A DNA stretch of 64,000 nucleotides from Camelus ferus (GCF_009834535.1 NC_045696.1:84136001-84200000), one strand, 5' to 3'. Counted from the first letter of the stretch, positions 1 to 14,959 are shown. Made by a program: numbers and translations. The notes: generated by a model not told the origin, from the sequence alone.

Positions 1-1732
1 AATTTATACAGTGCTGTGTCTGTCAGGATCAGAATGAGAAAAACTCAACAACAATCAGAGTTGGTGTTCTAGCCAGGGCATAAAGAGGTTTAGTAGGGTA
101 GAGGACACACAAAAATTATGCTCCAAGCATATGAGCCAAAGCTTAGGTCTACATGGGGCAGAAGGATTGAGTCGAAAATAACCATGCTGGCACCTGTTAT
201 CAAAATGGGCTAGGAAAAATAGTGAGAAACTTGGAGATTGGGGGCAGTTGTGAAATTTGAAATAACTGTTGATCCCAGGTCAAGAGAGCTACTGGCTCTT
301 TGTCTTAATTTTTTTGAAGGGAGGGGAGCTGTGAGTAATGCTTTGGTGTCTTTACCAGCTGTCCATCCTGTCCAGAATAGGTCAGAGTTCTGGCTAGAGC
401 TTCTGCTAAGATATATGCTAACCCTGGTGCTACAATACAATATTCCATAGGTATTTGATATTAGAATAGATGAAGTAACTATTTGCTTCATTTCCCCTTT
501 GTCTTCATTGGCTATGTCAGCATGGTGTTGATGCAGCCTGTGTCTTCACATAATATAAAAATCTGCTTCTGAGAATAATGCATTATATTTTGACCTTTCA
601 TCTAAAAAAAAGAATTTTTTTATTTTAGACTTTTTTTTTAACATTGGGAATCTAGACCTATGTGTGTTCTATGATGGAAATGAGAAATAAACATATCTGA
701 ACCATTTTTTCCATATTCAGTTTCTCATATTCAATTTGCAGATGGAAAATCTGCAAGAATTTCATATAAAAATTTTCAGCATTAAAAATCAATAAAGGTA
801 TGCCCTCATAGAGTTTGAGGATCACTGTGGAACATTTAAAATAGACCTTGAAACGATTAGATTCTAAAACTTTCTATTTTCTGGAACTCACTTATATTCA
901 CAAAATGAACCATTATCCTGAAATTGCTCTCATTTCCTCAACACTAATTCTTCTTAACTGTTATCAGTATTCCCAAATTGTTTCTACTGAAGCGGCTACA
1001 GTACCATCATTTCTACCTTAAACAGATACGATTGTTAATAGGCAGCACATTTGTGAAGCAAATTGGAAGTCATCTACAGATTTATCAAATAATAATAGGA
1101 ACTTTGCCACAGAAGAATAATTTAGGCAAAGTGCTTCTACAAAGCATATAAAAATGGAAAATGAAAAGGTTAGTTCTAGGCCTATGAACCAAAAAAGTGC
1201 TCCATAAGGACTTACAATGAACTCTTGATGAAAGTGAAAAAACAAGCTCAGAATGAGAATTCTAAGCAGGCAGCTACGAAGAGAAATCCATAGCTATGCT
1301 GCCGTAACTACGTGTATGCATCCAGCTCTAGGCATGAAGAATTTTACCTCTTTGGTATGTGTGTCTAGTGGGTTATTAAGAAAGATGGGTTTTACTGTAA
1401 CTGAAAAAGTCAGCATAAAGTTGAAATTAGTATTTTATAAGTTTATTTGGAGTAACAAATTAATTCTATTGAAATTTACCAAACCAAATAATATCACAAT
1501 GATGAATGAAGGAAAGGAAACTAAAGTTTATGGAACATCTTATACATCCTATCTCATTTAATCCTCAACACAAACCAGTGAAGGTATCCTAGGGTTATCT
1601 CCATTTTATATTTGAGAGAGTCAAAGTGCTGGAAATTGATCTCAGGGCTACACAACTCTCCAGCATCCACATGCTTTCCACAGGGCAAAGCAACGTGGAA
1701 GTTGTTTCTTGTGTTTGTAGTTTCCTAATTAG

Positions 1733-1945
<213 letters not shown>

Positions 1946-2635
1946 TGAAAAAATTCTCACATTATCTTTATTATTTTTGATTGCCTTTTGTTGCAGATAA
2001 CTATGAATGCGGTCTTGACGGTTTCCTAGGTAAATGAAGAACAGTCAGTATTTTAAAGAAAACATTTACATGTATTGATCAGAGACTCTTAAAAAATTCA
2101 TGGGGAAAAACAGATTTTTTTCAATATTGAAAATCTTCTGTTAATATATTGTCAAGTCAATCACCCAAAGTAAGAATGCAGTATTGTCAGGAAGGTACTG
2201 CAGCATCATTTGAGAATAAATAATTAGTATGTGCCTTATTTGAAATGAGACAGTAAACATAATTTAAATAGAGTCCTGACCTTTCATATAACAGTCTTGC
2301 CATCCGGAGTTAGTTTGGGATTTTTTGTGTCAGTGATTACCTGCTCAATTTTCTAATAATATTGTGAAATTGTATAATATGTGACAGTGTCTACATGATA
2401 AAACTAATCGATTTTATCAAATAACTGACTTTACCATCCATTTTTTTCTTTCCATTCTTCCACTCCTCAAGTTAGTCAAATCAGTTAAAAACCTTTTTTT
2501 GAATGTTAATACCTTTTTTCTAACCTCTGTTATCACAAACTATTTATTTGCATTTGTGTCACCGATTGCTGTTCCCAAATGTACCTTTTTTCATTTTCGT
2601 ATCAGAGTTTTCAAAAAAATGTTATGTCACTGTAA

Positions 2636-2941
<306 letters not shown>

Positions 2942-3394
2942 TGATTTCCATTTGAATCTCATCGGCTGTTAAAGGTCATTAGTCATGAAAGAACTGACTT
3001 CCATTTCTGGAACTGTAGCTCCAAGCTTCCGATGTCCTGTTTGCCATTCACCATGGCAGTTCCCTCAAGTGGAGGACACTGGAGACATGAGAAGATGGGG
3101 GCTCTGTGCAGCTCAAAAGGTACCAGGATTTCTGGAGAAAAATTTCTCCCCCAGAATAAGTGAGCCCCTTCAGTTTCCAAATTTAGTAGAAATACAATAT
3201 GGATAAAATTACCATATTATTACTAAACAAATAGATGACAATGACAGCCAAGTAATAACCAAGGTAACAATCAAATATAGAAAATTTAAGGGGAAAAAAC
3301 CAAATCTTTCTATTCATTGTCTGATGATGTCATAACCATCACTAATACTTGTTTGTAACACCTAGAAACTACATGCCTGCAGCCCTGTTCTAAG

Positions 3395-3600
3395 GTCTCT
3401 ACGTCAATCATTTCATGTCATCTGAACAGTTGTCTATTCCATGAGGGAAGAATGCTCATGATTCCCATCTTACACATGAAGAAACAGAGGCACAGAGAGT
3501 TTGAGTAAATAGCCCTGAGCTCACAGAACCTAATAAGTAGTAGAGTTTGGCTTTTAACTCAAGCTGGCTCATTTCAGAACTCGTGCTTTTAACCTCTTCC
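3395..3600 (-). mobile_element. MIR SINE fragment
   Basis: cccatcttacacatgaagaaacagaggcacagagag resembles the reverse complement of the MIR core. Boundaries approximate. Confidence 0.75.
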
Positions 3601-6243
3601 TCCCGTGAAACTAAGCTCTGGTTTATACCTGCTTATGAAAAAAATGGAAGCGAGGGGCATGAGAGAAAGAAAATATCCATTGTCTCTCTTTTTTCTTTTT
3701 TCCATTTGTTTTCATGGGAACTCAGCTCCTGAACCTTTGTGCTTTGGGGGACAAAATACCAGTTTGATCTGTTTCAAACAATACTCTTCTGGAGGGTGAT
3801 GATAAGGCTGGTTTGGCCAGGTACTGTGGGAGTCTCAGGGTGATACTTGACAGCTTTATGGTCTCTTCTGCCCTGTCGGTACGGCAGGTGTTAGACTCTT
3901 CTGAGTCCGGGAAAAGGGTGTCTGCGTGGGAACTCGGATGGGTGTGTGGGGAGGCAGCGGGGAGAGAGACAGCTTGGGGCACGCTGTGTTCTGAACATGC
4001 AAGGAGTCGGAAAGCTGCTTCTGGCAGTTGGAGAGTTCAGACAGTGCCGACAGAGCTAGATGGCCATGCCACATGCGCTCTGGTGAGATAAGGTGCGAGT
4101 TAGAGCAGGCAGAGAAGCAAAGTGTCATCCAGTGTGTGATGTCTGTGGTGTGAGTCCCTTACAGGGTGCTGACGCAAGAAGTAGGGCTGTTCTAGGTGTG
4201 GGTGCCACGTAAACCATGTCCACCAAACACAATCTGCACCTAATTTGATTTTAGTTAAGAAATATGTGCTAGCAAAACTGTTCATTTTTATCCTTTTTTT
4301 CCTTAGTTGTTTTGTAAAGTCTTTTGTATTTTGCGGGACTTCAGCCTCAAAAAGCCTGCGTGAAAATAATTTTTTTTTCCCTTCTGCTCAAGACAGGAAA
4401 AGAGCTACCAGGGCTGGGTAGTTATAGAAAGTAAAGGCTGGCAAAGCAGGGGACAGCTGGGTTTTCTAGTTCCTTCTGCTTGCGCTTTGATTTTTTTTTT
4501 AAGAACTCACTTTTATCAAGCTGTCTTGGATATGGTTGCTGCTGGTCCTCAGGGGCACAGGAGGCAAGGGGAGGGGAGGTGAGTGGAAGAGAGGGGAAGT
4601 GGAAAGAAAGAAAATTAGCAGGTATTAGAAAATAGCAACAGTGAATGTCTTTCTCAGTGTGAAAAGGGATACCCTTTCAGAAAGAACAGAAAGATATGGG
4701 AGGCAGATGGAAATACAGAGATAAGAAGAGAAGAGACTGAGTTAGTAAATATGACTGGGATCAGAACAATTTTTCCTGAACCAAGGTGATGTGTACAATG
4801 TGGAGACTTTTGACCTCCTTTGAATGTTGCCTTTGTCTTTTAGTTGAATTAATTCTGGTCTAACAGGTATAAAAACAGAAGGAAAAGCAATAATGTATTT
4901 TAGTTTTCTACATTAAGTCTTCATTTTCCTATCATATTCAGTCTGATTAAAGTATTCAAAATTCAGTGCATTATGACTCAATATATATTTCATGAAAGAA
5001 TTTTTTTAAAATAACGAAATCACTTTATAACACAGCTATTGATCTGAGGTTGGTTTTCAAGTTAGATTTTTAAAAAGTACGTGGTGTGGTATGTCTATTT
5101 CTGGAGTTGGAGACACAGGAGTGGGGATGATTTATGGGTGGAGATACATTTATCCCAGGAGACTGTCAGATGATTGTGGTATAAAAAGAAATGAGATGAT
5201 GCGTGTTTGTCTCCAGTGCTGGCCTCAGCCTCAGCTCCGCTGTCCCAGCAGAGTTTGTGTACTGGACCCTCCTCAGCTGACTGCCTTGATGGCCAGTGAC
5301 TTTGAGCCTGTTCACTCAGTGTTTAAAATTTGATTTAGTTGCCCACGTTTAATCATGAAGAGATTTTGTATAAGACCAGATTTCTTGCTTCTCCTAGAAA
5401 AGAACGTATGGCATTTCCTGAGAGTAGCTATGGCTCCCTTTAAGTAAAGTCGGTTCTAATTCAGTGTAGTCCTGCCTTTCCTTCCCTTTTGCCTATGAAC
5501 ACGGAGGTGGCCTTTCATTTGCTATTGATCATCTTGTATGAGACTTGACATTCATTGACACTATCTTTCTGGCCCTGGGGCGCATTTCACTTTGCAAACC
5601 CTTCTGACAAAGGTTGGTGGGCTTGCAGGCCAGTCAGGTACCTGGGGATTCCTGATACTCCCTCACGTCACAGGGGCAGTGTTTCCTGGTGCTTTCCTGT
5701 GGGTGCAGTGGGAACGGATATAAGACAAGGAAATCGCTTCTGTGTTTAAAACGTAAAACAGATTGTCGGTGGGGAGCTCTTGCTAGATGGATACCATTAA
5801 AAATTGTAGCCAAGATCTGTGACAGCTATCATACAATATATTTTCTGGGGAAAAGTACTCAATAACTGGACTGGCTTTTGAGATTTTTTGAGGAGGGGAG
5901 ATGCAAAGAATGTACATGTATGAAAAATTCTAACACTCCTTCAGCAAAAGTTTTGTTTGCCTTTTCAGTAAATACATATCTTGCTATTCAGGATTTTCAA
6001 GTGGGACTGTCGTTTTGTGTTTTTTTTTTTGTAGTTCATTATTATCTCTTCAGAAGATTTCTGTTTGTTTCTTATGACATATCTCTTTCTAACTTTGTTA
6101 AAGTTACACGTGTATGTCTTATCTCCTTTATAAAACTGTAAGCTCCTTGGGGGCAGGAATTGTGTCTTATTCATTCTATTTTTTTTTTTGTGTGTGTCCC
6201 AAGGACTTCAATTAATAGTCTAGCATATGATAGAAACACATAA

Positions 6244-6465
<222 letters not shown>

Positions 6466-7109
6466 TAAGTACATCTAACCTGTAAAGGGTAAGATTGGCT
6501 CAGACTTCCTTGTGTGCTCCGTGGAATGTCCCATGAATATCTCAGGATTTTGTTAACATTTTGGTCATTGGTAGGTGTGTGTGTGGCGGGGGAGAACTTA
6601 TGTTCTTAGGGTGCTGTCTGATTCTGATTTCTTACCTTTGTTGAATGTTTGATTTCTATTCCGTGTCTCCTAGTCTTCTGTGTCTGCTCCATCATCAACC
6701 TAATTTTGGAAATTAACCAGATTCTTCAAAAACAATATATGTGTGTATGGATGGATATGTCTAGCTAGCTATCTACCTATCTATCTTAGAATGTATATCA
6801 GATTTTACTCCTGGTTTTGGTAAGGTACCCAGAGGTGTACATGACAGAAGTTCAGAGAGTTTAACTTTAAATATTAGACATCACTCTCCTTTCAAGACTC
6901 CTAGTCTTTCCTTCATGTTTTCAGCCACTTCTCTTCACACCACCCTTATATTCCGTTAAATCTCTAATACCAGGCAGTTTTAATTGCTTCTTTTGCTTCC
7001 TATACTCGTGCAAACTCATACTCTCATAATTTCACCTTTCATTATTTTTTGAGAAAATGATTTTATTCATTGTATTTTCTTTGAAAATTGGCATTTTTAT
7101 TACCATGTG

Positions 7110-7270
7110 CACATTTTGCTTTTTCTCAGGTCTACAGAAAAATTGCACAGGAAGTAGTGTTCCTGCATACCCCACCCCAAACATATAGTGTCACACATTA
7201 GTGTGGTACATTTGCTACAATTGATGAACAGGTATTATTATTAACTGAAGTCCATAGTTTACACTAAGAG
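7110..7270 (-). mobile_element. Old L1 (L1MB/MC-like) 3' UTR fragment
   Basis: gtggtacatttgctacaattgatgaac...attaactgaagtccatagtttacact resembles recalled old L1 3' ends. Confidence 0.6.
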
Positions 7271-9721
7271 GGTAGTTTGAAGGTTCTCTGATGACCCCAT
7301 ACAAAGCCCTGAGCGTTGCACCTTTGTAAATTAATGCACTCTCTGGCTAATCTCTTGGGGCTCAGCCCCAATAGCTGGGATTTTTCAGTTCCAGTCTCCT
7401 CATACTGGCGGGGCTCGCCTCTTCCACAACGACCCTTGGGTTACCTTCTGCTTGGCCACTTAAGAATCCCATGCATCCTTGCTACACCGATTGCTCCACA
7501 GTTACCTTTCTCCTCTTGCTCACTTGGATAGTTTCAGCCACAGCTGTTTGCCTGTAGACTTTTTCAGATATTAATGAGTCACTGGTTCACTGTGTCCCTC
7601 TAATGGTTACCCTGGGGGCACGTGTTAAGCTCTTTGCCTGGTTTATGTGAACAGAAGCTAGAACGGAGGGGGATCTTCCCTCCTCTCCCATGGGAGTGGG
7701 ACTGAATGTGTACCTATAAGTCTCTCCAATGCAGTTCTCTCTCAGAATTTCTGCATCCTTAGTCAGCTTATATCCTAGCATGATGGTTGGCTTGGGCATC
7801 ACAAGATATCAGTTTGAAGCCACCTCCTTGACCAAGTGGGCCTGCAACAAAGAATCTGTCAAGAACTTCACTTTGGAATATGGGAATACTTTTTACCTTT
7901 AATTAACTAATTATTTCACTTTTAGAGTTTTGGACCTCTGCTGACAAGGAGGGTAGGAGAAAAAAAAATCCCCTTTTAACATCCTGTTACACTAAATTAC
8001 CCTTTGGTATTTGTTCTTCTATTTCGTTGAATTATGGCTTGCTGAAATGTCAAGTGGCGTTTTGCTTTCAGGAAGAAGGATCTTTCCATTTAGAAATATA
8101 GCATGACCGATCCTGCACAAGAACAGAATGCTGAGAATGGAAAGACTTTGTGTACGATCAAATGCCCCCACCCAGCCACCCAGCTCAGTTTTACAATCAG
8201 GAAATAAAGTTACCCCAGGGTAACACAGACTGATCGTTGTTTCTCTTCCTGCCACACTCCTGGAAGAGGGACTGCAAGTGTCCCAGATCCCTGTTTGAAT
8301 ATTTCAGCCGATGTTACTAACTTCCCATTCTTTATGACAATCTTTTTTTTTTTTTAAATTAGGCTTTCCTTAGATTTAAAAATTGTCAATTTGAGCTGTT
8401 TACTTCTTCCCCGACTTCTGTCTCATCTTGTTTTATTTCCTGTTGTTCCATGACACTTCATTTGTATTGTGAAAATTAGTGCTGATATGTAGGTTCTTAA
8501 ATTCACAGATTTCTCTTAAATCTAGCACTCTGTGCTCTGCCAGATTAAATAAGAATACAGCAGAGTGATCTTTTCACCTTTATTATACGTTTCCGTGGAC
8601 CTTGGGAGATGCTTCCAGGAATAAAAAGCAAAGTTATCTCTGTTACTTCATCTTTTCAAGTGACAACACCTCCAAAAATACCTGGATGGTATCAACAAAT
8701 ACCTGTGATCTTTCAAATTTCTGCCTTTATCTAGTTCAGATGGCTGGATTGAAATAATTCTAAGACTTTGCAGTAACGAGATAGTACAGAATGTCATTTT
8801 GGAATTATTGAACTAATTGAAAGAAAAAGGTTAAAAATGTATCTTCAGAATTGACTTGGCAGGTACATCCCTCCCTTTTCCCAGGATCATGTCCAGGAAC
8901 CCTGTGCAGAAAACATATAAACGCAATGCAGTTGTCAGATGTAAAATATCCTTCATGGCCTCCATCCAATACTGAAGAGATTACAGATCATTTTCTCCCT
9001 AAGAAAATATTATTGTGCAGGGCGTTCCTTAGTCCTAATCAGATTAGTAAATCCAAGGAGAAAATCGTGCCAGTTCTTGTCCATATGCAAAAATATGAAA
9101 GAAAAGTAAATATGTGAAAGAATTTAGAGAGGCTAAAAGAGGAAAAGCACATTTGGTGTGTGTATGCAGATGGGGTGAGGTTTAGATGGAAGGGGAGAAA
9201 CAGTAAGAAAGATGGAGAGGCAAAAAGAAAAAGCCATTAGAAAATGGAAGAAGCAAGAAAAATGAAGGAAAAAATTAAATGATTTTAAGCTGTGTTCTCA
9301 TCTTAACTCCTAAGATTCTCTTTCCAGGATAAAAACCTTGGCATTTATTACCTTTTGGCTTATATATAAATACCAGGTTTCCATAGTGCTCCAGGTATTT
9401 TATTATATTATGTGTGACAACTAGGTAGGTGGTAAAATATTATCTTCAATTTAGGTCCTGGGGAGATGAAGATGAATATAGAATTTCAGAGAAAATAGGA
9501 GGCCCTAATGCTAAGTTAAAAATTGACGCAGAGAAATAGGTTTTTTCCTTTCCATAGGTTCTGCGAAAATTGAATTACCATTAGAAAATAAAAAAAGAAG
9601 AAATAACTGAAGAGAGAGAAAAGAGAACGAAAACCACAGTGGACATGTGTTTTTCTTAAGTTATGGCAGAATTTGGTTTCTTGACTCAAACGAAATTATT
9701 CTAATCTGGAAAAAATTTTTA

Positions 9722-9812
9722 AATTTATTTTTTAATGAAGGTACTGGAGATTGAACCCAGGACCCTGTGCATGCTCACCATGCATTCTACCACTGAGCTA
9801 TACCCTCCCCCC
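9722..9812 (-). mobile_element. tRNA-Ala-derived SINE (Vic-1 type, camelid)
   Basis: Minus strand reads GGGGAGGGTATAGCTCAGTGGTAGAATGCATGGTGAGCATGCACAGGGTCCTGGGTTCAATCTCCAGTACCTTCA plus an A-rich tail. A and B boxes present, anticodon stem disrupted. Confidence 0.85.
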
Positions 9813-11009
9813 TAAACAAGTGTATATCTTATAAAAGTGAGGACATAGTGTACATGGTTTATAACCTGTTTTATCACTTAAAAAATACAGTCAGTACATT
9901 TCCCTATTAATTAATGAATGCCCATGGACATCAACATTCGTAATGACTTCCTAGGAATTTATCACATAGCTTTTTAGCCATTCTCTACTTTTCAAATATT
10001 TAAACTGTTTACAAATCTTAACTGGGAAAAGGTTTCTTTGAATACCTTCATGCACATGTGTTAGAGTACCTGACTGAATTCCTCACTTGAATGAATTCTT
10101 TGAAATGGAGTTGCTGAGTCAAAGTTTTAAAGGCCTTTGCATCTTGCTAAATTGCTGTCCCTACAAGGTATGGCTCCACCCCCAGCAGTATATGGAAATG
10201 GCTGTCTCTGAGCCATCACTGAATATCGTCATTGTCTTAAAACTGTTGCTCTGATAGATCACCGTAGATTTAAGTTGGATTTTTAAATTATTTATGAGAG
10301 TAAACACTTTTCACATGTTTATTAATCTTTAGTAATTCAGTTATGAACTTGAAATAGGTATCTGATGTCTACTAGACTAATTCTTACTGCATTCTTAAGA
10401 GAAGCCCATCCCAGCCTCTTCTTGAATAAATCCTTTGAGATGCACTCACCATCGTGCCAGTAGCCTTCTCTGTTACTGAACCGCTCCTTATAATAGAATG
10501 GCTCTAATGGTAAGTCAGATCTATCCATTTGTAGAACACTCTCTCATCCATCTTCATTCTTATTCTAGGGCAACAAAGATCAAGCCTACTCCATCTTCTA
10601 TTATCTGACACATTTTTCTTTGGTTATCATTAGAAAATATTTATGGGGAAGGGATTAATTATTATAAACCAGAATAAAAGAATTCGATGGGAAATGAAAC
10701 AAATTTCCATTAATTTCTCAGTAAGTTTACATAAGGCAGAAGGCACTCTCAAAATGAATGTTTCTTAGACATGTGAAATAATGATGTTTTAAATTCCATA
10801 CTATTGTTAGAAGGGTACTGACATTTAATATTATTTATATGCTGTGGATTATCTTATTATTCTGCCAGTAGATCTAATGTGAGAAAATAAATTAGGAATA
10901 TTATAAATATAAACATATAAAATAAAATAAGGACTGGTTGAAGGGGATGTTGGGACTCCCTGCTTTGAGGGAAAAATGTTGTATTATTTCGTACTTAAAG
11001 GGATGGTAG

Positions 11010-11230
11010 CCAATGCTTATTGATACCATATTTCAGGCACTGTTCTAAGGTTTTTATGTATTTAACTATTTAATCTTTACTATATTCCTGGGAGATATCT
11101 ACAATTATAATCTCTATTTCATGACTAGGAAAGCAAGTTAGAAAAGAGTTCAGTGATTTACACAACCAACAAGACGTGAGCCAGGAGCCCTAACGCAGCA
11201 TTTTGGCTCCAGAGTCAGGACACTTTGCCA
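11010..11230 (-). mobile_element. MIR SINE (degenerate)
   Basis: caggcactgttctaagg...tttaatcttt...tggctccagagtc resembles the MIR consensus reverse complement. Confidence 0.65.
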
Positions 11231-12102
11231 CTGCTCTATTCTGTCTGTCCAACAGGAAACGTGTGACAATGTTGAAAAGTTACTGGTCTCTGAGTCAAGT
11301 GATCAAGTATTTTGTCAAGTACCTGCTATGTGGAAGCCACCACTACAGACAATTTCGCTTTCCTTTCATACTCGACAGGGCACCTGGGGACTTGTCACAC
11401 ATCAGTCCTCCCTTCTGCATCCAGAACCGCGAGTTGGGAGAGTCAGCGTCTTTCCTTCCCACAGAATTGATGCCAAGACTGCCGGAGCCCATAGTAGGCT
11501 CCCTTTTGGCAGAAAGTTTTAAACTCTGTCTAAGCCCTTGATTACATTCTTTAGCATCTTCATTTTTGTCCATTAGGAATATTGGCTTGGGATCTTAGGA
11601 ATATTTACCTCTTTCCAATTCCCTGTACATTTTCATAGTAACCACTCTCCCAAAAGTCAGATGTCCATGGAAAGGAAGCAATGGTTTGGCCTTTGAGTAT
11701 GAAGTGGATTCTACAGTCTAGTTGTTCACAGAACTGCCCTTTGTCCTGGGGCTTTATCTGTTATAGCTCTATGTCCTAGGCAACCAGCGCAATTTGTTGT
11801 GACTCTGTAGGGAATTCTCTCCTACTCTCTGCCTTTCTCTTTCCCTTTGTGGATTAAACTCTTGAGTGGAGACAGGCAAAGTATTTTGTTTTATATAAAA
11901 GATACTAAATTTAAATACCATTGAAAGAGAGAGCCAGAAAGCAAATGGTCTAAAAGCAGGAAAGAGTTCAAGGTGTTTGAGGAAAAACCAAAGTCTGGTG
12001 TTAACTAGTCCAAGAATAGACCTCCTTACTTACAGACCTCCTTCAAGCTTTTGCATCTCAGTTTATTTCAATAATACTTTTCTGGGGAAAAAATTGTTAT
12101 TC

Positions 12103-12196
12103 TTTTTTTTTTTTAATTGAAATACCCTCAGTTACAATGTGTCATTTTCTGGTGTACAGCACAATGTCCCAGTCATGCATATACATACATATATTC
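12103..12196 (-). mobile_element. 5'-truncated young L1 3' end with poly(A) and degenerate TSD
   Basis: T12 then aattgaaataccctcagttacaatgtgtc...ggtgtacagcac. Flanks gaaaaaattgttattc and gaaaaaatgtgttc. Confidence 0.75.
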
Positions 12197-12439
12197 GAAA
12201 AAATGTGTTCTTAACCTAGTAACTGCAAGGCCTAACTGACTGTACTCTACATTCCTGCATCCACTGCCAACTTCTTACTGTTACAGATTCTCTTACTATC
12301 TTAAAGTGACTCTCTAAAGAGACCATCATTCTTGTCTTCAAACTCAGATAGTGGCTAAGTAATATATCTTATTCATGGGAGATAGTATATTGTAAGGAAG
12401 GTTACTCCAGTGTGATTGGGGAAAAACTACCCTCAGTCT

Positions 12440-13160
12440 TTTGGATGGCAGAGATTTCCTTAAAAAAATCTATAATTCCAAATAACTTATGTAGATACTC
12501 CCCCTAGTTACGTAGGTAGAACTTAACTCTTCTTCATCTTCCTTAAGTGTAGGCTGTGCTTGGAAACTTGCTTCCAGAGTAGTATGCAGAAATAAAGGGG
12601 AAAAAGTAATACTTTACAGTGCAGAAACTTGGCAAACACAACCTTGGCCAGGTGATAAAGTTACATCAGCAGTGCTGAGCCAGGTTGACAGCATGTGCCC
12701 TTGACAAGATGTGATGAGAACGGTGCTTCATCTCTGTTGTCTTCCTCCTAACAACCCATAGTCCCTCTCTAACCAGAAGAAAATCATCAGACAAACCCAA
12801 ACTGAGGGAGATTCGACAAAAAAATCTGACTGGTATTCCTTTAAACTGTCAAGGTCATCAAAAACAAGGAAATTCCGAGAAAATGTCATAGACCAGAAAA
12901 ACTAAGGGGTCAGAAAACTAAATGTAATGTGGTATCCTGAGATAGAAAAAGGACAATAGGAGAAAAAAGCTAGGAAAATCTTAACAAGATATTGAGTCTA
13001 GTCAATAGTATAATACAAATACTGATTTTTATAATTGCGACAAGTGGTAATATAAGATGTTAACAGCAGGGAAAATTAAGTGAGGGGTACAGCAGAACTC
13101 TGTCTTGTCTTTTCTGCTTCTCTGTAAACCTAAAACTACTTTAAAATGAAAATTTTACTT
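12440..13160 (+). mobile_element. Old L1 3' UTR (L1MC/MD-like)
   Basis: cagtgcagaaacttggcaaacacaaccttggccaggtgat, aaactgtcaaggtcatcaaaaacaagg and ctgtaaacctaaaact match recalled L1M 3' motifs. Confidence 0.75.
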
Positions 13161-14183
13161 TTAAGCTCATTGCGTTTGGGAGACACAGTCAACTAGAGCA
13201 GAGGAAAAGGAAAGAGGGAAATTAACATTTACTGAATACTATTAAATAATAGTATTAGACACATCGCTGAGCATTCATCCATCTTATCTCCTTTAAAACC
13301 ACAGTAAGAATCTCATATAGAGCAGGAAATTGAGAGTGTAGGAAACATCTCAAGGTTCTGTAGCTACTCAATATGTAGCAAAATTGGAAATAAAAGTTTG
13401 GGGGTGGGAGGGCAGTAACCAAGGAGGGTAAAAGGATTCTAGGAAAGAAGGCAGGAGGGCGAAGGCAGGCCCTGTGGCCCTCAATGATCTGGTGAAAAAT
13501 AGGCATGTTTTCTGGCCTGATGCTTCCAAGAGAATAATAACAGTTTTTGGCAACATGATGTCTAGCTGTTAAGGGTGAAGTTCATGACAGTGAATGTTAA
13601 ATGCATTTGAGACCATTTCCTGTTTTCCGACTGGAATCACATACAGCTAGGCAATGGCTTCACTCCCTGTGTTTTATTGATAATAACTTTTCCTGTGGAT
13701 TCAAGCTAATCTAATGTTTTCTTATAGAGTCATATGATAAGCCTCAAAATCACTAAAATTTTGTGGGTTTTTTTTGCATTTTGGATACCATAAGTGAAGA
13801 TCCAGGCATAATACTGAATAAAAGAGCTTTTGACACATACCACTGATTAGCCCATATAATTTACACTCAGGGCAAGGGCAGTGTGTGCTTCTGTGACATT
13901 TTCTTCTACATAGTTTTTTCTTTGACCTCCCAATAGTTATGAGGACAAGACCTTTGCTTAACCATCCTCTCCGCCTCTCTGGCTCTCGCCCTCTTATACC
14001 ATCACCTGGCTAGCAGGCATTTTATTCAAAGATGTAACTGGATTAGTGTAAACAAATGTCACTGCTTAGGTCTACAGGATGGAGTTGTTTTTTGTTAAAG
14101 TAAGGTATGTATTTATAGCCAGAAAGCATCTGTTCACCCTTCGTGACTGATATTTTGTTTCATCATAAATTATTTTCTTTCAG

Positions 14184-14293
14184 TGTCAGACCATCGGAAG
14201 TCATAAATTTAGGTATGAAATATAAGGAAAGAAATATTTATAAGAAAAAATCACATAATCTTTACAATGGTGAAGTTACGCAAAAATCATTCA
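14184..14293 (+). CDS. WDR49: WDR49 coding exon (VRPSEVINLGMKYKERNIYKKKSHNLYNGEVTQKSF)
   Basis: Not in the ORF track; read directly. ttttctttcag acceptor and CA|GTAAGT donor, phase 2-1. Resembles the recalled human WDR49 segment VRPSEDINLDIKYKER. Confidence 0.85.
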
Positions 14294-14399
14294 GTAAGTA
14301 ATCACTATTGATATATTTTATCATATTATTATTTTATAGATTGGAATGAATACAACAAATAACTATGTGCCAGGAACATTGGTATTCCTTAATAAACCT

Positions 14400-14520
14400 G
14401 AAACTAAGGTCTTGTCATCTCCATTTAACAAAGGAGGACAGTGAGACTCAGAGACGTTGAGTGACTTGTCCGAGGCTTCACAGCATACAAGTGGCAGACA
14501 GTGTAAGGTCTAAGCCAGAA
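14400..14520 (-). mobile_element. MIR SINE fragment
   Basis: catctccatttaacaaaggaggacagtgagactcagagacgttgagtgacttgtcc MIR core. Confidence 0.7.
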
Positions 14521-14959
14521 AACATGTGAAAAGTACCCATCTGTATTTCCCAAAATAGAGTTGGTACAGAATGTTAATTCTACCTCTTAAGTGTTTAAAA
14601 GATAAAAGTAAAATTAAAACTATTTTTGCTCTCAGAGGCCCAAAAGCCACACAGAACAATGTATTTGTTTAGTTTGGCTGACCAGAAAAAGAATTATAAA
14701 AACAGTAATTAAAACAAAAGAATTGCTATTATACTGAAGTGTATTATTTATAATTATTTATAAGAGTAAGTCATGAGAATCATTCTCGAAGCTCCATGAT
14801 ATAACAAGAGTATTTCACTCACTACAAATCTTTTTTCAACTTGTGCCCGAGGGGGATCTGCACTTTCATAGAGCAGATATGCTCATTTCTGTTGAAAATT
14901 TGCTGTCAAATTTATATTATTATTTGGTAATATTCAATGCACATTTATGAACTAATCTA

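Noticed and set aside
9735..9812. Functional tRNA-Ala(AGC) gene
   Set aside because: The anticodon stem (CATGG/GCACA) cannot pair, the D-stem is altered and an A-rich tail follows, so it is better explained as a SINE.
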